DNA of 64,000 bases from positions 32,001 through 96,000 of IMG/VR virus record IMGVR_UViG_3300018080_000123; one strand, written 5' to 3'. Under the pieces are notes generated by a model that saw nothing but the letters and a program-made list of their open reading frames with translations, did not search any database and was not told the origin of the DNA. The DNA is from a virus. Shown one piece after another: positions 9,776 to 18,247 of the stretch (positions are counted from its first letter, which is position 1; each line of letters opens with the position of its first letter). The translations under genes and the position numbers were made by a program.

Positions 9776-10344
9776 GATCTGGAATATTTAGCAAACAATT
9801 TGCCAAAAATCTCTAAATCTCTTGACATAATCTTTTCTTCCATGTCTGCGCACTCAAACATCTCTTTTCTTTCTTGCTCTTCGTCTTCTGGAGTTTTGAC
9901 ATTTTCTCTTTCCATAGTCATTCGTCTGCAATTATTTTTCAAGACTGGGCCAAATGTTGTCTTAAAGCTTCCCCATTTTCTATCATGTCGGTCCCAAATT
10001 CTATCATGATATTCCCACCTGTGACTCATTCGATGCATAATCTTAATACAAATTCTAAGAGCTTGAAGGACGTCTTTTTCATGTTCTGCGCTTCCATTTT
10101 CGAGAGCATAAAACATTCGCTTCATTTTGAATTCCATTAACTCAAACAAGAAATCGGCATCCCAATCCTCGCCCTTCCAGATTACTGAGAAATAAGAGAG
10201 CATCTTTTTAATTGTGTAGCAGAAATGCCATACCCGGCTGTAGGGGTTATGAATAACATCAAACCAATCTGATAGGTAGATTCGATTCCATATCGATGGT
10301 TTCGTTTCATCTTGATCTTTAAGTGCTTTCATTAGTGTTCTCAC
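9763..10344 (-). CDS. Hypothetical phage protein
   Basis: IWKGEDWD motif and C-terminal SWWD, common in large phages. Confidence 0.55.
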   Translation of the reverse strand: MRTLMKALKDQDETKPSIWNRIYLSDWFDVIHNPYSRVWHFCYTIKKMLSYFSVIWKGEDWDADFLFELMEFKMKRMFYALENGSAEHEKDVLQALRICIKIMHRMSHRWEYHDRIWDRHDRKWGSFKTTFGPVLKNNCRRMTMERENVKTPEDEEQERKEMFECADMEEKIMSRDLEIFGKLFAKYSRSWWD

Positions 10345-10347
10345 ATC

Positions 10348-11115
10348 TTACTCCAGTATCATTTTAATCGCATTGGGAGTTCGATTAGGCTTCCCATCTT
10401 CATAGTAAATGGTTTCGCCTAATCCAAGTTCGCTCTTTGCTCTTTCAATATCAAAAATACTTAACTCGTATTCTCCGCTAGGATTATAGATTCCTTTTCC
10501 GTACATTATGTCAAACTTATTCTCAGTGTGTTGGAGATTCATGCAATGACCAAGTTCATGCATCATCAAAGCTCTAAGATAATCGTTTCCTTTGTCAACG
10601 TAATACGTTCTCGAGCCATCTTCGTTAGTCAGCGGAACGCCAAACTCATATTTCTTAACTCTGATATCGCACCTAATCTTTGCTCCACACCCCTTCCACC
10701 AACACGCATCCCCTGCAGCCTTCTCATCTAGCTCATCTCCTAGCCAGTGAATTGTATTGATATAGTCATCGGTATCGTAGGGAGTATCAGATCGGCCATC
10801 GTATTTAAACACTTCTACGCCAAGAGCTCTATTCCACTCCTCCATTGCTTCTTTAATGTATTGGATTCTTTCTTGCGGGAAATCGCTGTGGACATAAAAC
10901 TTGGCCGGAAATTCATCCTTTCCGCAACCACTAACCTCTTCTCCGCAACCAACCATAATCACAATCAAATAAATAACAACTAACAATAAGATGAATCTCA
11001 CAAGAATCTTCAGCCAAATATTTTGAGTCACTCGCTCTCTAAACGAAAGATGAGGTTTCCTCAAATCTGGGAACTTAATTATCTTTGTTGGCGTCCTTCT
11101 TTTTTGCTTTTTCAC
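10348..11115 (-). CDS. Matrixin (M10)-like zinc metalloprotease, probable lipoprotein
   Basis: HELGHCMNLQH zinc motif, Met-turn DIMY, hydrophobic stretch ending MVGC. Confidence 0.8.
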   Translation of the reverse strand: MKKQKRRTPTKIIKFPDLRKPHLSFRERVTQNIWLKILVRFILLLVVIYLIVIMVGCGEEVSGCGKDEFPAKFYVHSDFPQERIQYIKEAMEEWNRALGVEVFKYDGRSDTPYDTDDYINTIHWLGDELDEKAAGDACWWKGCGAKIRCDIRVKKYEFGVPLTNEDGSRTYYVDKGNDYLRALMMHELGHCMNLQHTENKFDIMYGKGIYNPSGEYELSIFDIERAKSELGLGETIYYEDGKPNRTPNAIKMILE

Positions 11116-11329
11116 AAACGCACCTTTTAGTCCCGGTCATCAGATTAATGTTTACTTCTCCCGTAAACACAAACCCTGTCCGCTCCATTCCTTTGAAGCG
11201 ACAGAGTTGGTTACACGCTGACATCATCTCTTCATAATTAAGACAAATATCGCCAACATCTGCCTTTACTACATTCATTATACAGAGAAACAATAGAGCT
11301 CCCAGCGCTATTAAAACATATCTAATCAT
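11075..11329 (-). CDS. Small exported Cys-containing protein
   Basis: Signal peptide ending VKA; several Cys. Confidence 0.45.
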   Translation of the reverse strand: MIRYVLIALGALLFLCIMNVVKADVGDICLNYEEMMSACNQLCRFKGMERTGFVFTGEVNINLMTGTKRCVCEKAKKKDANKDN

Positions 11330-11553
11330 TTTTCCCTCACAGTATGTTCAAAAATTGAGACGCAGCATAGGTCTCCTTCAATATCAGAAGCCCCTTTTTT
11401 TGTGAAATCAAGAACTACGGTTTCTTTACGAGGATGCTCTTTGCTCATTTTCCGACGTATTCGTTCGGCCGCCTCGCGGGCCGCTTTAAGTGTTTTATAA
11501 AAAAGCTCATGGCAATCCCAATCATTTAAAACACCATAGATTTTCATTTCCAA
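11326..11553 (-). CDS. Hypothetical protein
   Basis: Coupled ORF. Confidence 0.45.
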   Translation of the reverse strand: MEMKIYGVLNDWDCHELFYKTLKAAREAAERIRRKMSKEHPRKETVVLDFTKKGASDIEGDLCCVSIFEHTVREK

Positions 11554-11726
11554 TACTCCACGTCGCCCTTATTTTTAGGCATTCTGTGATCGCACTTCTC
11601 GAACCACCAAAGAGACTTCCAATTCTTAGCCTCTTTGACTATAACCATATCCCCATCGCATTTAGGACACTTCTTGCGAGGGCGTCCTTTCTCTTGCTTT
11701 TGTTGTGTTGGTTTCCAAGCTGCCAT
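11544..11726 (-). CDS. Small zinc-ribbon-like protein
   Basis: CPKC...C. Confidence 0.4.
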   Translation of the reverse strand: MAAWKPTQQKQEKGRPRKKCPKCDGDMVIVKEAKNWKSLWWFEKCDHRMPKNKGDVEYWK

Positions 11727-12268
11727 TATTCCTCCAGCATATCGCGATTAATGACACGTGTTATCACGCCATTGTTCGTTTGAAACACTTGTAGGTTAAT
11801 CGCTAACAATTCATCGTCGTTAAACGAAATTACGACCTCATATCGATAAGTCCGGGTTGCTGTAGTCGATAGGCTCGATCCTGTATCACTATCACAATTT
11901 CCACTTGCAAGAGCAACAGTGGTTCCGTAAAGCAGAACATCATTATGAATATTAATCGAACTCCCATTCAGCAAAAGAGAACAAATTGAGCCATCAGGAT
12001 TTAATGTCTCATAGCGCGCGGTAACGCTATACATTTCTTCATGATTGACGTTGACGATAACATAGCCAGAAAATGGCAAATAATACTCACCAACAAATTC
12101 AGGAAGAGTTGGAACTTCGGCAACAACTGTTTCTCCTGACTCGCCCTTATCGCCTTGCTCTCCCTGCGGCCCATTATTGGTAACCGTCTCGACTACCTTC
12201 TCGCTTCCGCAGCTAATCAAAAATAAACCAATCAAAACTAACGCAATTCCAAGTAATGTCTTCCTCAT
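11726..12268 (-). CDS. Lipoprotein with short collagen-like repeat
   Basis: Lipobox LISC, GPQGEQGDKGESGE, strong RBS. Confidence 0.7.
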   Translation of the reverse strand: MRKTLLGIALVLIGLFLISCGSEKVVETVTNNGPQGEQGDKGESGETVVAEVPTLPEFVGEYYLPFSGYVIVNVNHEEMYSVTARYETLNPDGSICSLLLNGSSINIHNDVLLYGTTVALASGNCDSDTGSSLSTTATRTYRYEVVISFNDDELLAINLQVFQTNNGVITRVINRDMLEE

Positions 12269-12290
12269 TGTCCTCTCCTCCTTAAAAAGG

Positions 12291-12391
12291 GCGCTGGGGG
12301 TCTGGTTAGCTGCTAGCTACTCTGAGCTTTATACCCTGTGCACTTACCGGGTCTAGAACCCGGGTTGGGCGAGCCAGCCTCGCCCCAGCGC
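12291..12391 (-). ncRNA. Candidate structured RNA with a T-loop-like arm
   Basis: GC-rich intergenic island. Closing stem GCGCUGGGG/CCCCAGCGC followed by a U-tract. Internal hairpins include CCGGG-UUCUAGA-CCCGG. Confidence 0.45.
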
Positions 12392-12449
12392 TATGTCTTG
12401 TACATTACTCCCGACGGAGCGGCTTTTATAATACCCACTTGGGGCGAAT

Positions 12450-12947
12450 TTACCCCTCTATTATACATTTCAATGTTTCATACTCCACGGGTTCATAATC
12501 CCAAACTTCTACTGAAACGTTGATCAGCTTCTTATCTTTTTCTATTTTCCAAAGACCATGAACATGGCCGTGGATCAACCAATCGTCTTTTAGCAAAGTG
12601 ACTTTAATAGCTGGATCATGAGCAAGATAAATATTGTCAACTTTTAAACTAGTATGTACACTCACAAACCCGGCCTCAACATAGGCAAAAGGTTTCAGTT
12701 TATCGTGATTGCCGAGAACTAAATGCTTATCTCCATTTAGTCTTCTAATAAAAGATCCGATATGTTCGGCATTTGTTCCCCAGGCAAAATCTCCCAAATG
12801 ATAAACTGTATCGTCTATTCCCACAATTGTATTCCAAACAGCTACCATTTTCTCATTCATTTGAGAGGAATTCTTAAAGGGACGGTTGGTGTGTCTAATA
12901 ATATTGGTATGCGAGAAGTGATGATCGGATGTAAAGAAAACAGACAC
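12450..12947 (-). CDS. Calcineurin-like metallophosphoesterase
   Basis: DxH, GD, GNHD and HGHVH motifs. Confidence 0.9.
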   Translation of the reverse strand: MSVFFTSDHHFSHTNIIRHTNRPFKNSSQMNEKMVAVWNTIVGIDDTVYHLGDFAWGTNAEHIGSFIRRLNGDKHLVLGNHDKLKPFAYVEAGFVSVHTSLKVDNIYLAHDPAIKVTLLKDDWLIHGHVHGLWKIEKDKKLINVSVEVWDYEPVEYETLKCIIEG

Positions 12948-13237
12948 TACTTAACCTCCTTTACCTCAAACTTACGACAATACTCATTCTGACCGCTCGC
13001 CTTGTAGTACTCTTTCAGCATTGTATAGATATAGTACGCCTTGCAGTAGTCCCACCTGTACTCTGCTCCATCGGTTTTGATTGAAAGGCCATTTCCATTG
13101 TCGTGAAGCTTCCCGCAAGCACCGCCAGGCTTAGTCCAGCTCTTATCAAATTCAGAGTATTTCATATTTGCGTTATGATCATCGCACTCTACCTCATAAA
13201 GGCCACCCTCCTGAGGAACAAGTAGAAACTTTTTCAT
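12947..13237 (-). CDS. Hypothetical protein
   Basis: Coupled ORF. Confidence 0.5.
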   Translation of the reverse strand: MKKFLLVPQEGGLYEVECDDHNANMKYSEFDKSWTKPGGACGKLHDNGNGLSIKTDGAEYRWDYCKAYYIYTMLKEYYKASGQNEYCRKFEVKEVK

Positions 13238-13238
13238 A

Positions 13239-13526
13239 TCACTCCTCCCAATTCATCGGGGCATTGCTTTCGCACTCAAAAGCATAATCCATAGATTTCG
13301 GACAATCATCATCAAAACAGCAAACGACTTCCCGATAGGTCCCGAAATCATGAGAAAAGCTTTTCACCACAAGCTTGGCATTTTCAGGTTCTGGACCAAG
13401 CTTCTTACGAATTAGATCGATAAACCGACGACATTCCTGGCGAGATTTCATCTCGTAATCTTCATCTCCAAGCTGAGCACACAGCTCGTCCCCTGGAGCA
13501 GGTCCTATCTCAACAAAATCTTTCAT
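13239..13526 (-). CDS. Hypothetical phage protein
   Basis: IGPAP..E.CAQLG and HDFGTY.EV motifs, strong RBS. Confidence 0.55.
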   Translation of the reverse strand: MKDFVEIGPAPGDELCAQLGDEDYEMKSRQECRRFIDLIRKKLGPEPENAKLVVKSFSHDFGTYREVVCCFDDDCPKSMDYAFECESNAPMNWEE

Positions 13527-13560
13527 ATATCCTCCTCCTCTATCTTAATTATATCCTATC

Positions 13561-13863
13561 TCAAGAGAAAGATCCAGCTAAAAGTACATAGATTACAAAG
13601 CTGTTCCACAGTATAATCGCCCCATGCAAAACCCCAAGGATTCCAAGAGCGTAGACAGCTTTAGGGTAGTATTTGGCCGTTAGTCCTAAAATTGCTACTA
13701 CCCAGCAAAATAATAGTAACAAAGCCCAATCAACCCCTATTAGCCTCATCAGATAATTCGCTATTGGATTGGCCTCGCTCCCACCCATGCCTAGCGCAAT
13801 TCGCGTTAAATACACATCAAGAAACTTAAGCATTATGTTGAGAGCTAATAGTTGTTTGATCAT
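13561..13863 (-). CDS. DUF5658-like membrane protein
   Basis: LD..LT...L..G..EANP motif, multiple TM helices. Confidence 0.6.
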   Translation of the reverse strand: MIKQLLALNIMLKFLDVYLTRIALGMGGSEANPIANYLMRLIGVDWALLLLFCWVVAILGLTAKYYPKAVYALGILGVLHGAIILWNSFVIYVLLAGSFS

Positions 13864-13881
13864 TCCCTTTCCTTTTTCTGT

Positions 13882-14009
13882 GTACTCGGCCCGATGGACG
13901 TGTTAGGACGGCCATCGGGTGGACGTATTCGCAGAGGCCATAGAGAGTGGCGGTTTTCTATGGCTTACCCTAACACCTAACCGTCCGATCCGCCTACAGA
14001 CCCGAGCAC
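13882..14009 (-). ncRNA. Candidate double-pseudoknot structured RNA
   Basis: Four nested helices plus two pseudoknot pairings (5 bp and 8 bp) in a 128-nt intergenic region. Strand inferred from context. Confidence 0.6.
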
Positions 14010-14032
14010 TATATTTGAGCACACGCCTCCGC

Positions 14033-15001
14033 TTATTTATAGTCATACAAATCACCTATTGATGTATCGGTATGGACACACGAAATCGCCTGAGCAAGAA
14101 GTCTAGCTACCGATATAATCTGAATCTTATCAGAGTTTTCGATTCGTTCTTCAAGCTTAATTGTATCGGTTATAATTAATTCTGTTAATGATTCGGACCG
14201 TTCTATTCTATCCATTGTCCATCCGGAAAGTACCGGATGGGTAACTGCTGCCCTTACATCTTCCGCTCCTTTTTCTTTCAACACGTCGGCCGCTAAAAGC
14301 AGCGTTCCGGCCGTATCACACATATCATCAAGAATAAAAATATCTCTTCCCTTCACATCTCCAATAATCTCCATCGTCTCAATTTTATTATGCTCATTCC
14401 GCCTCTTACTCATCACCGCCAAAGGGACACCTAAATGTTTAGCAAATATGTGAGCCCTCCCCGCGCCTCCAGCATCTGGCGAAACAATTGTAAGCTTATC
14501 GTCCCATGAATAGCGCTCTTCAATGTATTGAACAAATAATGGGCCGGCTAAAAGATGATCAACTGGAATGTTGAAGAAACCTTGGATTTGCGGTGAATGA
14601 AGATCAATAGTAATCACTCGATCTGCTCCTGAAACCGTGATCAGATCTGCTACTAATTTAGCTGTGATAGCTGTTCGAGGGGAAGTCTTGCGATCTTGTC
14701 TTGCATACCCGAAGTAAGGAATTACAGCCGTCACTCTACCAGCTGAAGCTCTCTTTAGGGCATCGATTATGATTAGAAGCTCCATTAAGGTTTCATTGGC
14801 AGGCGAGCTAGTGGATTGAACAACGAACACATCCTCTCCTCTCACGCTTTCCTCTACCTTTACAAATAACTCTTTGTCGTCGAAGCGCCTTCCCGACATC
14901 TGGCCCAGAGTAACGCAACGACTAAGCAAAACGCTCAAATCCACAACTACACCGCTAGCAAGACTCATGGAAGCAGTTCCACAGAAAACTTTGATACCCA
15001 T
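14033..15001 (-). CDS. prs: Ribose-phosphate pyrophosphokinase (PRPP synthetase)
   Basis: PYFGYARQDRK, DLHSPQIQGFF, VSPDAGG, DDMCDTAGT. Confidence 0.95.
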   Translation of the reverse strand: MGIKVFCGTASMSLASGVVVDLSVLLSRCVTLGQMSGRRFDDKELFVKVEESVRGEDVFVVQSTSSPANETLMELLIIIDALKRASAGRVTAVIPYFGYARQDRKTSPRTAITAKLVADLITVSGADRVITIDLHSPQIQGFFNIPVDHLLAGPLFVQYIEERYSWDDKLTIVSPDAGGAGRAHIFAKHLGVPLAVMSKRRNEHNKIETMEIIGDVKGRDIFILDDMCDTAGTLLLAADVLKEKGAEDVRAAVTHPVLSGWTMDRIERSESLTELIITDTIKLEERIENSDKIQIISVARLLAQAISCVHTDTSIGDLYDYK

Positions 15002-15010
15002 TTCTTCTCC

Positions 15011-15835
15011 TCAAAAAATAATACTTGCCGGAGTATCCCAGCTTGTATACATATGTCCATCTTCAGCAAAAATCAAGCTTCGGATATCATTTGTTCTATT
15101 ACAGCTTTGCATACACGTGTCAATATGCATCACCGAAATTCCTTCGTAATCATAGACGCGCCCGCCATGGACCATCTCGCGCACCAAATCAAGACCTGCC
15201 TCATTCATTTGCTCTACATATTTATAATACAAGCTTTGTGGGGCAAATTTTTCAATCCACCCTCTAGTCCCCCAACCTCCCGACATACGTTGAGGACACA
15301 TAATTCGTCGCAACGAGAATTGTCTAACCTTTGTTCGCTTACACTCCTCAATCATTCTTTGAAAAGTATCCTGAGCATTAAGAATGCTCGTTACATTCAT
15401 CGCCACTCTAACTGTTATTCCTTCCTTATCGAGATAGTCAAACAACTTCTCGAACTTCTGAAAGTCATTCATACAATCAAACGAGAAAGCAACAACATTG
15501 AACTTGAGGTCGCTAAACTGCGTAAGAAATTTAACATCATTCTCCTCGAATCGATTCAAGAGACGAAGTCCGTTTGTTTGGACTTCGAGAGGAAAATCGT
15601 TGAACTGAGTGGTAAAATAGAACAAATCATCCCAGTTCATAAAAGGCTCGCCCTTGCCAGTAATCAAAACACACGCCACACCGGCAAGCTTAGCCATCAT
15701 ACGAACCTTACGAATATTTACGCCCATACGATAGATGTTAGGCGTAACTTCTGGAGTCATATTACTTACGCAATATGCACACTTCTTATCACATCCCTTA
15801 TTCGGCAGACAAATCGTCAGACTTTGCGCCTTCAT
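15011..15835 (-). CDS. Radical SAM protein
   Basis: CDKKCAYC (CxxxCxxC), TGKGEP, TNG. Confidence 0.85.
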   Translation of the reverse strand: MKAQSLTICLPNKGCDKKCAYCVSNMTPEVTPNIYRMGVNIRKVRMMAKLAGVACVLITGKGEPFMNWDDLFYFTTQFNDFPLEVQTNGLRLLNRFEENDVKFLTQFSDLKFNVVAFSFDCMNDFQKFEKLFDYLDKEGITVRVAMNVTSILNAQDTFQRMIEECKRTKVRQFSLRRIMCPQRMSGGWGTRGWIEKFAPQSLYYKYVEQMNEAGLDLVREMVHGGRVYDYEGISVMHIDTCMQSCNRTNDIRSLIFAEDGHMYTSWDTPASIIF

Positions 15836-16313
15836 TTTTCTCCTCCTCGATAACAGTATCAGTCAATAGATCAAGCTTAACGATCCGAATCTTATTCATA
15901 TCTTTGGCCCCATATCGCGTATAATCTCTTCCTCCGTCAATCATTGCTTCGTTTGGGCACCCACAAGTGTGATAATGGTGTCGGCAGACGCTATATAATA
16001 CCACATCACACTCCAAACAATGAATAGCATTCTGATAGCGATATTTTTCCATTTCATCTTTATCCATTCCGCCTACAACTAGATGTCCAGGAGCATCCTC
16101 ATCTAGTCCAATAAAAGTGTACGGATACTCCATGAACAAGAGCATGTAATCTTTATGATTCTTCTCACGATTAGGATTCGCATTATGATAAACAGCAACA
16201 GGTCTATCCCAATTACGAACGCTGAATTCATTGATGAAGGTCAAGTCCCCTTCAAACTTCTCATAGACCTTTTTGTGATTAAAACCATACCAGTCTATCT
16301 TCTTAACTTTCAC
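15798..16313 (-). CDS. Phage protein with C-terminal Cys/His (DGG) zinc domain
   Basis: CLEC...HHYHTCGC...IDGG. Confidence 0.55.
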   Translation of the reverse strand: MKVKKIDWYGFNHKKVYEKFEGDLTFINEFSVRNWDRPVAVYHNANPNREKNHKDYMLLFMEYPYTFIGLDEDAPGHLVVGGMDKDEMEKYRYQNAIHCLECDVVLYSVCRHHYHTCGCPNEAMIDGGRDYTRYGAKDMNKIRIVKLDLLTDTVIEEEKNEGAKSDDLSAE

Positions 16314-16621
16314 CAGCGTTCCTCCTCATATTTGTTAATTTCCTCAAGCTTATATTTCTCCTTCAACCACTCTTCAACCAGCTCTTTGAGAGTAAACAGC
16401 TCGCTAAAGGCCTGGACAATCTTGCGGGCCTTTTCAACAACATCTCTTTGATTATTTTTCAGCTCATTGATCTGTAGCTCAAGGCGTCCAATTTTGGCAT
16501 CTTTATTCTTAACCTGACGCTCGAGTGTGATAAGCTGCTTCTTTACATCTTTTTTAAGCTGGGCTTCAATCTCGGCATATGTTTCGGCCGGAACCGATAC
16601 CTTGACTGTCTTAGCCTTCAT
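16310..16621 (-). CDS. Coiled-coil hypothetical protein
   Basis: Likely start MKAKTV after the GGGGAG RBS. Confidence 0.45.
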   Translation of the reverse strand: MKAKTVKVSVPAETYAEIEAQLKKDVKKQLITLERQVKNKDAKIGRLELQINELKNNQRDVVEKARKIVQAFSELFTLKELVEEWLKEKYKLEEINKYEEERW

Positions 16622-16832
16622 TATTCTCCCCCTCCAAGTATCTACCATTTAAGGTTTCCTCCTGCTGTAAATCTTGTTCTGCTAATTGAAGAGCAGTTTC
16701 AAGCGCTTCCTCAGCTCGTGCCAAATATTCATCAACAACATCAAGAGGGCGTGCATAATCAACCTCAGCAATAACTTTCAGGTTTTCCTTAATCTTGGCT
16801 ACCCTTTTTTGATACCACTTGAGTTTTTTCAT
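16611..16832 (-). CDS. Hypothetical protein
   Basis: GAGG RBS, helical ORF. Confidence 0.45.
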   Translation of the reverse strand: MKKLKWYQKRVAKIKENLKVIAEVDYARPLDVVDEYLARAEEALETALQLAEQDLQQEETLNGRYLEGENNEG

Positions 16833-16914
16833 TTTTAAGCCCTCCTCGCCGGCCTAATATCTCGAATGGAAAATCTAAATCTATCATACCGACTCTGTGT
16901 TATTGACTTCTCAA

Positions 16915-16987
16915 CTCCGGGGATAGGATTCGAACCTATATATTTCTGATTAACAGTCAGACTCATTGCCAGTTATGATACCCCGGA
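16915..16987 (-). tRNA. tRNA-Asn(GUU), CCA not encoded
   Basis: Cloverleaf TCCGGGG TA TCAT-AACTGGCA-ATGA G TCTGA-CTGTTAA-TCAGA AATAT ATAGG-TTCGAAT-CCTAT CCCCGGA G. Confidence 0.9.
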
Positions 16988-17399
16988 ATTCAGAAGTCAA
17001 TTCATATTTTTCAGCCCAATTAATCCCCTTTTTTTGATTATTTTTAGGCTTGTTTATTCTCAAAAAAGCTCCATTAGCACTACAAGTTTTAACCGGAATA
17101 ACATAAATATTATCATTCTCTGGACAATATACTGCAAACAAATTGCAGCTATTTTTATAATCCATTTTCTTAGCTCTTTTTCCAGATCCAGAGAAATTAT
17201 AAGTATAAAAATGAATTACTCCTCTTTTTAATCGACCAGTCTTAATCTGAATCTTTAGTAATTTCCCCTCCATATCTGCGATTAGATCATACCTTTGATT
17301 ATCTCCGAATGGAATAGATACAGTTATTCCCAACTCAATAAATCTTGATATAACTTTGGCTTCAGAAATATCGCCAATCTGTTTTGTATTGTTCCTCAT
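16950..17399 (-). mobile_element. Free-standing PD-(D/E)XK homing endonuclease (I-Ssp6803I/PDDEXK_5-like)
   Basis: TKQIGDISE, PFGDNQRYDLI, IQIKT and FAVYCP motifs. AT-rich. Stop codon lies in the tRNA anticodon loop. Confidence 0.8.
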
Positions 17400-17754
17400 A
17401 ATATTAACCACTCGCCAGCACTCTCCTCCTTCTCTTCGTCCACCTCAATGCACTCAATTATACAAATTCCCCCTATGAACATATAACTGAGATCAACATC
17501 CCACGAGTTATCAACGGTCGTCCAATAATCATCTTCGCCGAAACGATATCGATATTTCTTCACACAACCCCATGTCGTTGGTACATCGCTCTCGCATCGA
17601 ATCTTTTTTCCTCACTAACGCCTACGGCGCCTATCTGGAATAAGCTGAATCAAGAATAAAAGACACGCTGCGATTCCTACGCCCATTTTGTCTCCAAAAC
17701 AATACCCGATAATCAAACCGAGAACGATAATTGCGACTCCAGTTGGATTCCAAT

Positions 17755-18033
17755 TCATTTGTTTTCCTCCTCGTATTCAATTCTTGTACACCCAGCATTT
17801 GGCATACCGAAATCCTCCAACGGGCCAAACTCATTTTCCCCGAGCATATATCCTTCATAATACAGTTCTCCGTCATCGTCGAACATCTTGAACTTCCTAC
17901 CGCGGGCAGTTATATGATCGTCATCAAAAGGGCATCCATACGGTCCCGAAATTCCAACTGCGTTACAGTTAGTCTTCAGCGGAGCTTTTGAGTCCGCAAT
18001 ATGATCCTTTGTAATAACCCAACCGTATTCCAT
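17755..18033 (-). CDS. Hypothetical phage protein
   Basis: Start MEYGW; FKMFDDDGELYYEG and PNAGCTRIEY motifs. Confidence 0.55.
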   Translation of the reverse strand: MEYGWVITKDHIADSKAPLKTNCNAVGISGPYGCPFDDDHITARGRKFKMFDDDGELYYEGYMLGENEFGPLEDFGMPNAGCTRIEYEEENK

Positions 18034-18046
18034 CTTTATCTCCTCT

Positions 18047-18235
18047 TTACGCTGCAATTTGCTTTTCTGCAAACCGAGCTGCGTCCGCATAATTGGTAAA
18101 TGTTTTATACTCGCTCTCGATATGTCGATCAACTCTCACATAAAATGTGTGCTCGTTGAGCTTAAGAATCTGGACAAAATGACCGCGGGTGTTCTCGCCT
18201 CTCCAAACCTCTGACTGGTGATAGTTGTTTTTCAT
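18047..18235 (-). CDS. Hypothetical protein
   Basis: GAGGAGG RBS. Confidence 0.5.
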   Translation of the reverse strand: MKNNYHQSEVWRGENTRGHFVQILKLNEHTFYVRVDRHIESEYKTFTNYADAARFAEKQIAA

Positions 18236-18247
18236 AAATCCTCCTCA

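Noticed and set aside
12291-14009. Assigning the structured RNAs to c-di-GMP-I/II or preQ1 riboswitches, raiA, or HDV-like ribozymes
   Set aside because: The conserved sequence and topology of those families could not be matched by eye
16915-17411. Group I intron around the PD-(D/E)XK endonuclease
   Set aside because: The tRNA is uninterrupted, and no split exon or intron core was recognisable
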